This document shows positions 1 through 12,066 of a stretch of 64,000 nt of DNA, piece by piece. The DNA is taken from the NCBI GenBank assembly GCA_002269645.1, contig NIVC01000064.1, positions 586,942-650,941 of the forward strand, in the 5' to 3' direction. Within the stretch, counting starts at the first letter, position 1. Each line of letters begins with the position of its first letter. A program made the translations under genes and the position numbers. The DNA is from Macrostomum lignano. Lineage: Eukaryota. The notes below the pieces were generated by a model that was not told the DNA's origin, searched no databases, and saw nothing but the letters and a program-made list of their open reading frames with translations.

Positions 1-497
1 GTTTACTCAATAGTTGACCTAAAAACCGCAGGGCTTACTAATATTATTAAGATTTTTACTGCCTGAATCATTGAATCGATTATTTCTTCCAATTTCGTCA
101 TTTCAGTTCTAATGGCTTGAAAAGCCACTTCCTTGGGCGGTAAAGCACGGGGAAGGTGTGGAAGGCTGTAGGCGCCTTGCAGCGCTGTGACTTCAAGCGT
201 GAGTAACAGAGATCTGTTAGAATTGGCCGAAACCCCGGATTTAGTACCTTCTCGCACTGAGCATCTGTAAACCGTTGTTGAGTTGCATAGTACTCTTTGT
301 AGTCTTATTTTCATCAGTCACAGCCAAAAAGATCCCCAGCTGATCCGTCCTCTGGTTGGTGTAGCAGACTCCCAATTTTTCGATCTAGCTCAAACATTCC
401 GATCATCAGGACGGGGCCCTCCCTGGTTTGTTAGAATATGATGCTGCTTGCGTCAAGCCTCAAGGTAGACAAAGTGACAGCGAGTGGCAAAGTAAGC

Positions 498-590
498 TTG
501 TGCAAACGACAGCTCAATCGCAGCTATTGCGCGGCCCATCTGAAGGCTGTGTACGGCTGCTCAGTCCAAGGACTGGGGGGTCGGCACACA
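498..590 (-). mobile_element. Truncated SINE copy (3' body only)
   Basis: Reverse complement of 1620-1715 (cagtccttggactga...gcgcaatagctgcg...gagctgtcg) with several substitutions. Confidence 0.7.
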
Positions 591-1464
591 ATGATAGATG
601 ATTGTCTCATGAATGTATTTTTAGAAGCCTTAAATAATGATTCCTAAGCGTTGAATAATGAGCGTACAGCATGACACAATGCATGGGCATATTGCCACTG
701 GGACTGAGTGCATCTAAGCGAAATTCCTTTATTTCATTAGCAAATGCCCATTTAGAGTAAGTCTTAACTGTGCATTTTTCTATTTTTGGCGACTAGTCGA
801 AAGATAGAAAGAGAACAGAAAGACTATTAGAGTTATACTAGCAATCTACGCCCCCCGTTGGGGAGCCAAAGAAATGCAATACACGTTTTTTTAATAAGCT
901 ACATGTATCCTTGAAATCTTAAAAAATCTCCTGTCAAAACTTGTCAGCCTTGAAATGTCAGTAATTCCCCCCCCACAAGCTTTAACATATCAACTTCCCC
1001 CCTTGACATCTCATTAGAGTTATATTTTCATTTTTAGTATATAGGACTTAGACATTGAGTACAGGTGGATAGGTGGATGTTCGGTGTAATGCTATGTGCA
1101 TTGTAGCTCGTACTGATGAAATAAAAGATATACTGATGGCTTTTGATGAGGTACTAAGTAAAAAAATTAAATAAGACGCTGCAGATTAGAGTTTCTAATC
1201 TTGATACTTTTTCTTAAAAGCTTTTTTCCGCATTTGGTAAGCAAATTTAAGACACTGCCTTTAGATAGATAGTTATTACGAGCTAATATCAGTGAGAAAG
1301 TATAAAAATTTGTCCAACAAAATTTCTTGTATTGTTGCTTCTTTAACCTCTAAAATCCATTTTTTCATCCGTTTCAAATGAAAATCAGTGCAAATGAAAG
1401 TTGAGGATTTCTCCAACATTTTCTATCTCAAAATTTCTCACTATCTCACAATCTCTCTAGGCTA

Positions 1465-1766
1465 GGGGTTGAAGCCTAGTGGTGAAGATCGACTTGAAGG
1501 TCGGGGGTTCGATTCCTGTTCCTAAAACAATTTGTGTCCTTGAGCAAGACACTTAACTCTGCATTGTTTCAGTTCACCCAATTGTAAAATGGGTGCCAGC
1601 ATTAGCTGGGGTAATTGAGGCTGTGTGTGGCGACCCCCCCCCCCCCCCCCAGTCCTTGGACTGAACAGCCGTACGCAGCCTTCAGATGCCCCGCGCAATA
1701 GCTGCGGCTGAGCTGTCGGTTGCACATCTGGCCCTTACGACAGGTGCAATAAATTTTTATTATTAT
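1465..1766 (+). mobile_element. tRNA-derived SINE with CORE-like central domain
   Basis: A-box-like TAGTGG (1477-1482) and B-box GGTTCGATTCC (1506-1516). Central tract GTGTCCTTGAGCAAGACACTTAACTC...TCAGT...TGTAAAATGGG (1534-1593) resembles the MIR CORE. Short (TTA)n tail; two further partial copies in the window. Confidence 0.75.
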
Positions 1767-2968
1767 CTATATCACCAATTTCTTAAATTCTGGATAGGCT
1801 AAAAAAATTCTACTCGAATGCCTTAGTTTTCCATTACTAACTTACTTAGCGTTACTGAATGTTTAGAGCGCCACTTAATCTTGACTTGGGACAATTAAAA
1901 CGAATTTATTTCGACGGAGACTGAAACAAGGGATCAACAACAATAGAGGGAGTAGCGAAGTATTGTAAATTATGAGTTTGCGAATAAGAAAGAAACCACA
2001 GAAAATAAAAAACACAGGCTCTGCAAATAAACAAGGTGAGCCAACACAACGCGCGAGAAGGGCTTAAAACCAGATCGGAGGGGGGAGGTGGGTGCGCGCG
2101 GGGCAGAGAGACGGAGAGGGAGGGGCGCGACGGAGGAAGAGAAAGTGTACACATGGCGCACAAGTGGACAGAGCAGGGGAGAGATCGAAAAGGGGGTGGT
2201 GTCCGACCGCTCATTAACCACCGTAAACGCCACCCCGAAAGGGCACACGCTTACGGGTAATAAAAGATGTCCTTTGTGTTGCAGAATTAAAGCAACCCGA
2301 AGGAGTTCTGGGATTTGCATCTGGAGTGAAAATGATTTTTTACTTCAACGTACCTAGTGAGGTCACGCACAGAATGAGGCCGCTCAAAAAATTGTCAAAT
2401 CAACAGAAGTTGTTGATTTTTCATTCAACAAATCAAAATTACCGTTGTCAATTTCACTAAAAGAAAAATGCGAAGACTTGAGCAAGCTGAGGGCTGCAAT
2501 GGCGTGACATGTATGGCGACAGGCGATTGACACACGGCTTCCTAAGTCACGTGTCATTCTGGCCCTTTTATTTTTCGCATTTAATATCCTATCTCAATTT
2601 GGGATATGTGACAGCAAACTACCTAGCTCGTATTAGTAAGAAAACAAAGTATTGAATGCAGGGAGAGTGTTAAAAATATGTTTTTAAGTGTGTACAAGCA
2701 AGTCGCTGCAAACAGTTTCGTACGGAGACCACTGAATTTTGAAGCGATGAACTCCCTAACCTAGAACTATAGGTGTCTTAGACCACACTGGATACTCTTT
2801 AACAATGCAGTGTAAGCAACCCATATTTTTCTAGATTCCTAAAACTGTGGCATTCTTTAAACTATAATGCTTGAAAAAAAACACACCATGTCATTCAAAC
2901 ATGCAGTTTTTACTGCTCACAGAGTCCACTAGCCAAGCACGATGGATTGCTAAAACATCCGCCTCGCA

Positions 2969-5357
2969 ATGGCCTGGAGCTGGCTGCTTCTCACAGCTAC
3001 AGCGTTTGTCAGCCTCCTCGTCATCAATTGCGAGGCAGCCCACCACTACTGCATCCAGGACAGCATCAAAGCATTCTCAATGAACGCTGACTCAGACCAG
3101 CCTGAGACTCTGCTCACCAACCACAGGGAGGTGAACGGACTCGCCTCATCGCAGCGATGTAGCTGGGAGGTGAGGCTGGGCCGCATGACTCAGCCGCTGC
3201 AGCTCGTGCTGTCGCTTCGTCTCGGTCACCGCCGACCGGGTGCTGCTGCCAGCGGACCCGGATGTCCGTCTGAGCTGACCGCGGCGCTGCAGGGTGAGTT
3301 TTCGGGGGCCTGCAGCGCTGACGAACCACGGAGAATTTACGGGGAGAGGTTGCGGTGAAGTTCGAGTAGCCCTTATCATTTTTCCCATCTACCCTAAAAA
3401 CTTTTTAAGGGATCAGATATTAATGCTATAAATTTATAAAAATCCAATTTTGGATAAAAATCCTAGGGTAAAACTCTGGCGCTCCCCAAGTGAAGAACTG
3501 TCTACCCCAGACTCTCTAGGACGAATAATGAAAAAATCAGAAAAAATGAAGGAGAAAGCGTTAGCCAAAATTTAGAAAAAGACCACAAAAACTTGCAATT
3601 TTACTTTTATGGACAACACATACACGTACAATGTGTACCTACAAGCACAGTTCTAATAGTTGGCTAGGCTTTGAGGTCGGACACAGATGTTAGGTAGGAA
3701 CTTCGGTGAGAGTTAGTTGCTTTAGTGAAACGCCTAAAATGCTCGTAGCTTCAGAAATATAATTAAGGCGCCACTTTTCGGAGCACAATGTATTTTGTTA
3801 AATTTATTTAATTTTATTCTCTACAACTTAGACTCAGGGTTCCGCAAGACCTGGAAGAATGGAACGAATCTGCCAAAAACTCCATTGGTCGTTTCAGTGA
3901 TGAACCAGTGAGTTCCGTAGCATCGTACATGCAGTTTAAACACCTGGGCTTAGCAACTGTGGGATAGCTGAGCGATGTAATCATTGCCTTTAATATTTAA
4001 TAGCTCGCAGCTGCTGACGGTCCGGTTCTCGACGGGCGACTCCGAGCCGAGCGCGAGCTGCGGTCGCATCGAGCTGACCATCGCGGTGGCCAAGAAGGGC
4101 TTCTGCGGCAGGCACATGCTGCTGCATCGGGGCCGCTGCCTCTTCATCTCCGACTCGGAGCTGCGGCTGTCGGATCTGAGCGGGACTGGAGTTGAGCTGG
4201 CTGCGATCTCCGGGAAGGAGCAGCTGGATAAGCTTTTGAGGGACAGTGAGTGCTGAGCTGCTGCTCATGCTGGTCATTGCTCATGGGTACAGTGCTGAGC
4301 TGAGCTGCTCATACTGGTCATTGCTCATGGGTACAGTGCTGAGCTGAGCTGCTCATACTGGTCATTGCTCATGGGTACAGTGCTGAGCTGAGCTGCTCAT
4401 ACTGGTCATTGCTCATGGGTACAGTGCTGAGCTGCTGCTATTCTCAATTTCAGACGAACGCAGGGCCAAACAATACCCATTTCTCAAGCCGCTGAACTTG
4501 AGCAAACAAGCAAGAGTGGGAGTTGTTCGCTGTTCCGCCTCAAAGACTTTTTCTGTCCATTTCAACTCCACCAGCGGCGTGTGCTCACGGGAACGTTTCA
4601 ACTCAACTGCCGTTTCAGATCTGGCAGTTAAAGGGTGAGCAGTTTTTTTATCTATTTATTGATATAACAGTAAATAATTAACCTAGTCATAGGTTGAACA
4701 CTCGCTCACTGACTAGAAAAGATCAAGCAGAATGATAAATGATTACATGTACATCCCTGCTTTTCACTGCCTGTAGAAATCTCACTGCCGACACTCAGTG
4801 CACAGCCTTGCAAGCTGATCCTGAAGGCAGAGCCGGGCTGCACAGCTGCTCATGCAGAGTGAAGATGCTTTCACTGCTCAGCTTCAGCGAGACTCCATCA
4901 TTCGGCTCAGAGTCGGGCAAAGTGAGAACAGGAAACTGTTGGCTACATCACTTATGTGGGAAAAACTCAAGCCACAGAACTCCAGCGAATTCTAGGACAA
5001 CTGGAAAATTTGGAGATAATTTTGTCGCTTTCTTCATTGCGCTGTACATAATTTCTGCCATCACTTTGGCATTCATGTGCCACTACTCAAGATTTCTCAA
5101 GGTTGGTTGACAGTAGTTGTGTTATGTCCATAACTATGTGTTTATTTATATTCTTCGAACTCAGCTTGCTATGACATATATTGACAAGGTTTTATATGAA
5201 TGTTCCGTTTCAGATGTTCCGGTCTGGACCGATAATGGTGCAGAGAGCGGGTCAAGACTCTGACTTCGCTGCTGCTGCTGCTGCTAAAAGAAAGCATGTG
5301 TTGCATATTTTTATAGAACGGCAGTTCACTCCGTACAGCCCTCTTTCTGAGGTGTAA
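2969..5357 (+). CDS. Uncharacterised single-pass membrane protein, paralogue A (~430 aa)
   Basis: Phase-consistent GT-AG exons 2969-3293, 3832-3907, 4004-4245, 4454-4634, 4777-5101, 5214-5357. Signal peptide MAWSWLLLTATAFVSLLVINC, Cys-containing ectodomain, TM NFVAFFIALYIISAITLAFMC, tail ending TPYSPLSEV*. Confidence 0.7.
4250..4440. repeat. 42-47-bp minisatellite starting at the donor site of the shared exon
   Basis: Unit gtgctgagctgctgctcatgctggtcattgctcatgggtaca, about 4 copies; same unit at 10367-10430 and 12449-12750. Confidence 0.9.
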
Positions 5358-6780
5358 CTTTTGTACGCTTTGTATCTTTTCATATTTTTATAGAAAGGCT
5401 GTTTACTCCGCACAGCCCTCCTTCTGAGGTGTAACTTGAGTACGCTTCGTATCTTTTCATATTTTTATAGAAAGGCTGTTTACTCCGTACAGCCCTCTTT
5501 CTGAGGTGTAACTTGAGTACGCTTCGTATCTTTTCATATTTTTATAGAAAGGCTGTTTACTCCGTACAGCCCTCTTTCTGAGGTGTAACTTGAGTACGCT
5601 TCGTATCTTTTCATATTTTTATAGAAAGGCTGTTTACTCCGCACAGCCCTCTTTCTGAGGTGTAACTTGAGTACGCTTCGTATCTTTTCATATTTTTATA
5701 GAAAGGCTGTTTACTCCGTACAGCCCTCTTTCTGAGGTGTAACTTGAGTACGCTTCGTATCTTTTCATATTTTTATAGAAAGGCTGTTTACTCCGTACAG
5801 CCCTCTTTCTGAGGTGTAACTTGAGTACGCTTCGTATCTTTTCATATTTTTATAGAAAGGCTGTTTACTCCGTACAGCCCTCTTTCTGAGGTGTAACTTT
5901 TGTACGCTTCGTATCTTTTCATATTTTTATAGAAAGGCTGTTTACTCCGTACAGCCCTCTTTCTGAGGTGTAACTTGTGTACGCTTCGTATCTTTTCATA
6001 TTTTTATAGAAAGGCTGTTTGCACTGCACAGCCCTCTTTCTGAGGTGTAACTTGAGTACGCTTCGTATCTTTTCATATTTTTATAGAAAGGCTGTTTGCA
6101 CTGCACAGCCCTCTTTCTGAGGTGTAACTTTTGTACCCCTTGTATTTTTGCCTATGTTTTACAGAACGCTGTTTACTCCGTACAGCCCTCTTTCTGAGGT
6201 GTAACTTTTGTACCCCTTGTATTTTTGCCTATGTTTTACAGAACGCTGTTTACTCCGTACAGCCCTCTTTCTGAGGTGTAACTTTTGTACCCCTTGTATT
6301 TTTGCCTATGTTTTACAGAACGCTGTTTACTCCGTACAGCCCTCTTTCTGAGGTGTAACTTTTGTACCCCTTGTATTTTTGCCTATGTTTTACAGAACGC
6401 TGTTTACTCCGTACAGCCCTCTTTCTGAGGTGTAACTTTTGTACCCCTTGTATTTTTGCCTATGTTTTACAGAACGCTGTTTACTCCGTACAGCCCTCTT
6501 TCTGAGGTGTAACTTTTGTACCCCTTGTATTTTTGCCTATGTTTTACAGAACGCTGTTTACTCCGTACAGCCCTCTTTCTGAGGTGTAACTTTTGTACCC
6601 CTTGTATTTTTGCCTATGTTTTACAGAACGCTGTTTACTCCGTACAGCCCTCTTTCTGAGGTGTAACTTTTGTACCCCTTGTATTTTTGCCTATGTTTTA
6701 CAGAACGCTGTTTACTCCTTACAGCCCTCTTTCTGAGGTGTAACTTGTGTACGCTTTGTATGTTTTGCGTATTTTTTACA
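5300..6780 (+). repeat. 77-bp minisatellite, ~19 copies, each a splice acceptor plus terminal exon
   Basis: Period 77 (tagaaagg at 5391 and 5468). The unit has a pyrimidine tract, AG, then AA AGG CTG TTT ACT CCG TAC AGC CCT CTT TCT GAG GTG TAA. Variant A ~5300-6120, variant B ~6130-6780. Confidence 0.9.
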
Positions 6781-7395
6781 GAATTTACTTTATAACCAAG
6801 GATAGGATTTTCGCACTTTGGACAAACTACTGATATCATTGCTAGTTGAGTTCTTGTGCTAAGTTGTGACGTTGACAGTTCCTTTGTCTCCCCAGTTCTT
6901 CAGCTGGTATTCGCTGGGAATATTTAATGTGTATTTTGGTTTGTTCAATGGGTTGTACTTTTATGTTTGCTGAAGGTGGTTGGCAATACTTTATTTAACT
7001 TTTTAAATTTTGTGGCTTGGGAGGTGATGTCTCTTGGGAGCTCGGCTGTTGTAGTCTTGCAGAATGGAATCTGTGTTACAGCGGAAGACGCTATGAGAAA
7101 CTTGTCCTGCATTTGAAATTCGAATTGATATCGTTGAATTTTCATGCTGTCTGAATCGGTAAATGTGACGATAGAAGGCTGGACCGGCCCTGGTACTCAA
7201 GGAGATTTTGTCGACAATATTACTCGTGTAATTAAGTAGTTACCGGTGGACGTATAGAGAAAGCGTTCAATAATTTTAGCTTAAACTAGCAATTCGCCCT
7301 CCCGTTGGGGGCCAACAAAAAGAAGAATAAATATTTTTGAATAAAATGCATGTCGCTTCTGAACTGTCAGTCTTAACATCTCAGCAATTCCACTG

Positions 7396-7820
7396 TAAGT
7401 CTTGACATCGCAGTGATTCCCCCCTAAGCCTTGACATCTCATCAATTCCCCCCTAAGCCTTGACATCTCAGCAATTCCCCCCTAAGCCTTGACATCTCAG
7501 CAATTCCCCCTAAGCCTTGACATCGCATCAATTCCCCCTAAGCCTTGACATCTCATCAATTCCCCCCTAAGCCTTGACATCGCATCAATTCCCCCCTAAG
7601 CCTTGACATCTTATCAATTCCCCCTAAGCCTTGACATCTCATCAATTCCCCCTAAGCCTTGACATCGCATCAATTCCCCCCCCTAAGCCTTGACATCTCA
7701 TCAATTCCCCATAAGCCTTGACATCTCATCAATTCCCCATAAGCCTTGACATCGCAGCAATTCCCCCTAAGCCTTGACATCTCAGCAATTCCCCCTAAGC
7801 TCTGACATCGCAGCAATTCC
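7396..7820. repeat. 26-28-bp minisatellite
   Basis: Unit aattccccctaagccttgacatctcatc; degenerate relative at ~940-1010. Confidence 0.9.
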
Positions 7821-9185
7821 CAAATTAATCGTTTATGTTCGACATAATGTTTCTTTTATTTTTGAAATTATGCTTCTTTCATGTTGTCATCTTTTGATAA
7901 TTGTACCGCTAAATTAAACTGCACTTATGGATGAATTTCATGTAAATATTTTATAGTACAGTGAGAGTCATCTGCTACGAAAAGTTGTGCCACATTTTTT
8001 TCACGTTTCACGCTGTGTAAGTCAGTGATTCAACCCAGCATCAGTAGCTGATTGAAAGCGGAAGTGCACCATAGAGGGCTGCGCTAATGACTCACTTGTA
8101 CTCACATGGAATAGTGACTCCAAATACGTAGAACAGGGAGCTGGTCTGTGCAATCAGCGCGATGTTGATTTTTACCTGTCTTAAGGCCGTCCCCTGTCCC
8201 CCTCTCCTTAGGCTCAACCGAAGGTATCTTTTCTCACCACTTTTATCGCTCAGGCAGTGAAAACGCTGAGCACTTTGTCTGCCACTACCGGGTGGTCTTC
8301 ACCAGGCCAGACTCACTCAAGTCTGGCCAAACCCGGTTCTCTCCGATGTTCGCAGGCCCAAGAAAATACCGCTGCTCACCCGGTACCTCTAGGATGCAAT
8401 GACCCCCCCCCTGAGCGACATCACTTCGATGGTAGCTATCTGTCGTCAGGGGCTCGCGAAACGGGTGTTCTAGATTATTCTGCAGCTGGTGCCCCCTACA
8501 GCTAAGACAAGCCAAGCCAAGTCCACCTGTCTACAAATCCCCACACATGACCAACTCTGTGCAGTGCATGCAGTGTACGACATAGCCTACGACACTGTCA
8601 AGTGCATTCGTTTGTTTGTAGAAAGACGGTTTTTGGTACTGTCATAGGCTACACTCTCCTGAAAGCACTACTCAGAAAATTTACACTGTACACTGTAGCT
8701 AGCAATGGACTGACTAAAGATGGAAACAATAACGTGCTCTGCTAGCAGGCATTACAGCGCCCGCGCAAAACAGTTGATTGTCTCTCTGCCAGACACCTCC
8801 GACAGAAGACGGAAAGGCAGCGCAGTGGGCATTATCTGAAAAGTGCGCGCATCAGGTAGGGATTCAGAGCTGTATGTATCGCATTTCTTGGAATATTTCA
8901 GCCGACATCAGATTGGTGTTTGAATTCTGAGGGTGTAATTTTCTATCGGCACTGGCCAAAACCCTGCGGAATTCAAATTAGCACAAGTCTTTAGAGTCTC
9001 AGATTTTGTTGTTATAATACACATTTGATTGCTTTTTAACTTTTAAAAATAGCTTTATAGTTGTCAACTGTCATTTTAATTAGTCTGCAAATATACGAGC
9101 TATAGCATTAGCTGATTAGTTGATTAGGTAATTAGTTAATTAGTTTTGCAATTTTTCAGTCGCATTTTATTAAAATCTGCTTCAG

Positions 9186-11681
9186 ATGTGCAGCAAACAG
9201 CTGCTTGCATTTCTCCTGCTCATCGCGGTATCTCAGACTCCAATTCGAGGGTAAGTAAGCTAAGCACTTGGCTCTCAATGTAATGTGAGCAATACGACCA
9301 GTGAGGATTGCATTATTATGGTGTGGGATTGGCAAAAATTGCTTTGGAAATGGGGAGGCACTTGTATCGAACTGCTAGCGTTATTTTTCTAATGTATAAA
9401 GTATGATGTAAAAAAAATAAAAGAAAAGAAGGCCTTCATAGCTAATGGAATTTGAAGTTTGTTCTTTTTTAATTATTAACACTGGCTTCCTTGACAGCCA
9501 ACCAGATTTGCTGCTTAGATCTGATCCATAAAGAACGTGCCATACATGTTATCCGCCTTCATGCTTGCGCACCAACTGTTCCCCATGCAGGACACTCGCT
9601 GAGCGGCACCAGTGCCACAGCTCAGGACACCTGCTGCAACTGAGGGACGGTGAGACGGAAACCCTGGACACACGCAACAGGGACCAGAGCGAGCTGACTG
9701 CATCGCAGACCTGCCTATGGGAAGTGAAACCGCCGGCCAACCTGATCGAGCCGGGCAATTTCATCTTGAAAATCGCTCGGAAAAGAGGCGGGTCTGAGGC
9801 GGCGATGCCCGATGGCAATCCACCGAGCTGCGATTGGAGCCTCACGGTGGAACTGACAGGCAAGTTAGATTCAAGATCATGGCGGAGGTCAAAAGTGAGT
9901 ATTATGAGTAATTAACAGCTCAGTTATGGATTGCACTTTGCAGGATCCAGCTTCAGCAAGGCGTGGCACAACCGGGACCTGCCGCCGAAGGCACCCCTGG
10001 TAGTCCCTGTGACCAACAGGTATGATTCTGATTTTGCATTTAAAAGCAGCTGGTGGCTTTTTGACTAGTTTATGCAACATTGCGCTGACAGTGTTGGTCC
10101 GATGTGTTTCTGTCCTGCAGCTCGCAGCTGCTGACGGTCCGGTTCTCGACGGGCGACTTCGAGCTGAGCGCGAGCTGCGGTCGCATCGAGCTGACCATCG
10201 CGGTGGCCAAGAAGGGCTTCTGCGGCAGGCACATGCTGCTGCATCGGGGCCGCTGCCTCTTCATCTCCGACTTGGAGCTGCGGCTGTCGGATCTGAGCGG
10301 AACTGGAGTTGAGCTGGCTGCGATCTCCGGGACGGAGCAGCTGCATGAGCTGATGAGGGACAGTGAGTGCTGAGCTGCTGCTCATGCTGGTCATTGCTCA
10401 TGGGTACAGTGCTGAGCTGCTGCTTATGCTGGTATTGCTCAAGTGTACAGTTTATAACCGCCGTTATTTCAGATGATGACAGAACAAACGCGCACCCATT
10501 CATCAGACCCTTAAACCTGACCAGACCTGTGAGAGTGGCGGTGTTTCGTTGCAACAAAATCATTCAATGGACGCAGGTTGCACAGACAGTGAGCTCCAGT
10601 TTGTGCGTGATCAGGAATTTCAGCACGACTGGGGCTGCTCAGGAGTCCTTTACTCAACGGTTCGTTGCTTTTCGTTCCATAGACGTACAGGGCTATGATT
10701 TTAAGTTCACGCTAAAGACTGTATCTTGAGTCCTTGGCTACCTGAGCAATTCCCATTGAGTCCTTGATTACCTGAGCGATTCCCATTGAGTCCTTGGCTA
10801 CCTGAGCGATTCCCATTGAGTCCTTGGCTACCTGAGCGATTCCCATTGAGTCCTTGGCTACCTGAGCGATTCCCATTGAGTCCTTGGCTACCTGAGCGAT
10901 TCCCATTGAGTCCTTGGCTACCTGAGCGATTCCCATTGAGTCCTTGGCTACCTGAGTGATTCCTTGGCTGTTCTTGGCAGTCCTTGGCTGTTTAAGAAAA
11001 TGTAAACACCATATTACCTAATTAATCATTCCAGGAACCAGTCCATCTCATCACAGGTAGACTGCGCATCAATCAGTGCTGAACCTGACGATTCGGAGAA
11101 ACTAAAATTGTCATTCATTGACTGCGACCAGCCGCAGCATCTGTTGCTGAGCTTCCTAATTGAGCCAATTAATCAAGATTTGCAACACAACTCCAACTGC
11201 TTGGAATCCACAATAACCAGCTGTAAAGATTTGAGCATGCATGTGATTTTTAAAGAATCAACTGATAAAGAAACGGACAGTTCAGATAAAACTGATCTGA
11301 TAGCTTTATTTGTGTCTGTGACAGTCTCATTGCTAGTGTCGGCCGTGATTCTGGTAGTTGCTGTTAAATTTTTTATTTTAAAGCGACAAGGACGTCGTCG
11401 CAGATCTAGAAGGTCCAAACCCTTTGATTCATTGTCTGGAATCCCTTTAAGATCTTAGTTGTTGATTTTAAATCACACTATGTTTGTTCTGGAAAGAGAC
11501 GATCGGTGCCATATGAAAAAGTATGGTGAGTACCTGACTTACCTGAGTTACCTGACTGCTAAAACTGACGTCATCACAATTTATTTGTGATGACGTCAGT
11601 TGTGATGACGTCATACAATTTTGTTTTGCGTATTTTTTTAGAACGGCTGTTCACTCCGTCAGCCCTTTGTCTGAAGTGTAA
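9186..11681 (+). pseudogene. Membrane protein paralogue B (premature stop: pseudogene or base error)
   Basis: Exons 9186-9250 (signal peptide MCSKQLLAFLLLIAVSQ), 9498-9859 (in-frame TAA 9529-9531; GC donor AG|GCAAGT), 9944-10019, 10121-10362, 10473-10659, 11035-~11458 (TM LIALFVSVTVSLLVSAVILVVAV), probable terminal exon 11642-11681. Exon sizes and phases match paralogue A. Confidence 0.6.
10727..10965. repeat. 30-bp intronic minisatellite
   Basis: Unit gagtccttggctacctgagcgattcccatt, about 8 copies. Confidence 0.95.
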
Positions 11682-12066
11682 CTTTTGTACGCTTTGTGTT
11701 TTTTGCGTGCTAACAAGTCATTGCTACAAGCATTATTAATGAACGCTACCCGCCAGATCTAGAACTGCGCCCAACCTAAGTACCGTGTTTTCCCACAAGA
11801 TCATAACCTCCGAAACCACCCCAACCTGATTCGATTGTTTGTCTGCTATCAGTTTTATGTGATTATTATACTACTAACATCCATGTTTGAGAGAAAATAC
11901 AAATAATTGAATAATCGGCCAGTTCGTCATCGATCACAATCAAGCTTCTACGGGTTCGTCACTAATTTGCGTACATGTAGCAGCCCGTTAGCACGCGAAC
12001 TCAATTACGTCAGATCAAATATTCGTCACAAAGTGGAATGTGTGTTACAGCAGAAGACGCTACGGA

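Noticed and set aside
3-314. 103-aa minus-strand ORF at the window edge
   Set aside because: No recognisable motif or verifiable splice context; could be an exon of a gene outside the window.
1465-1520. Possible tRNA gene
   Set aside because: No complete cloverleaf; it is the head of a SINE.
2205-2262. Hairpin ccgtaaacg...cccc-gaaa-ggg...cgcttacgg, possible structured RNA
   Set aside because: Single copy, no recognisable ribozyme or snRNA core.
5300-6780. CRISPR-like appearance of this and other regular arrays
   Set aside because: Units are contiguous with no unique spacers, no cas genes, eukaryotic context.
8000-8900. Possible degraded retroelement fragment
   Set aside because: No motif could be assigned by eye.
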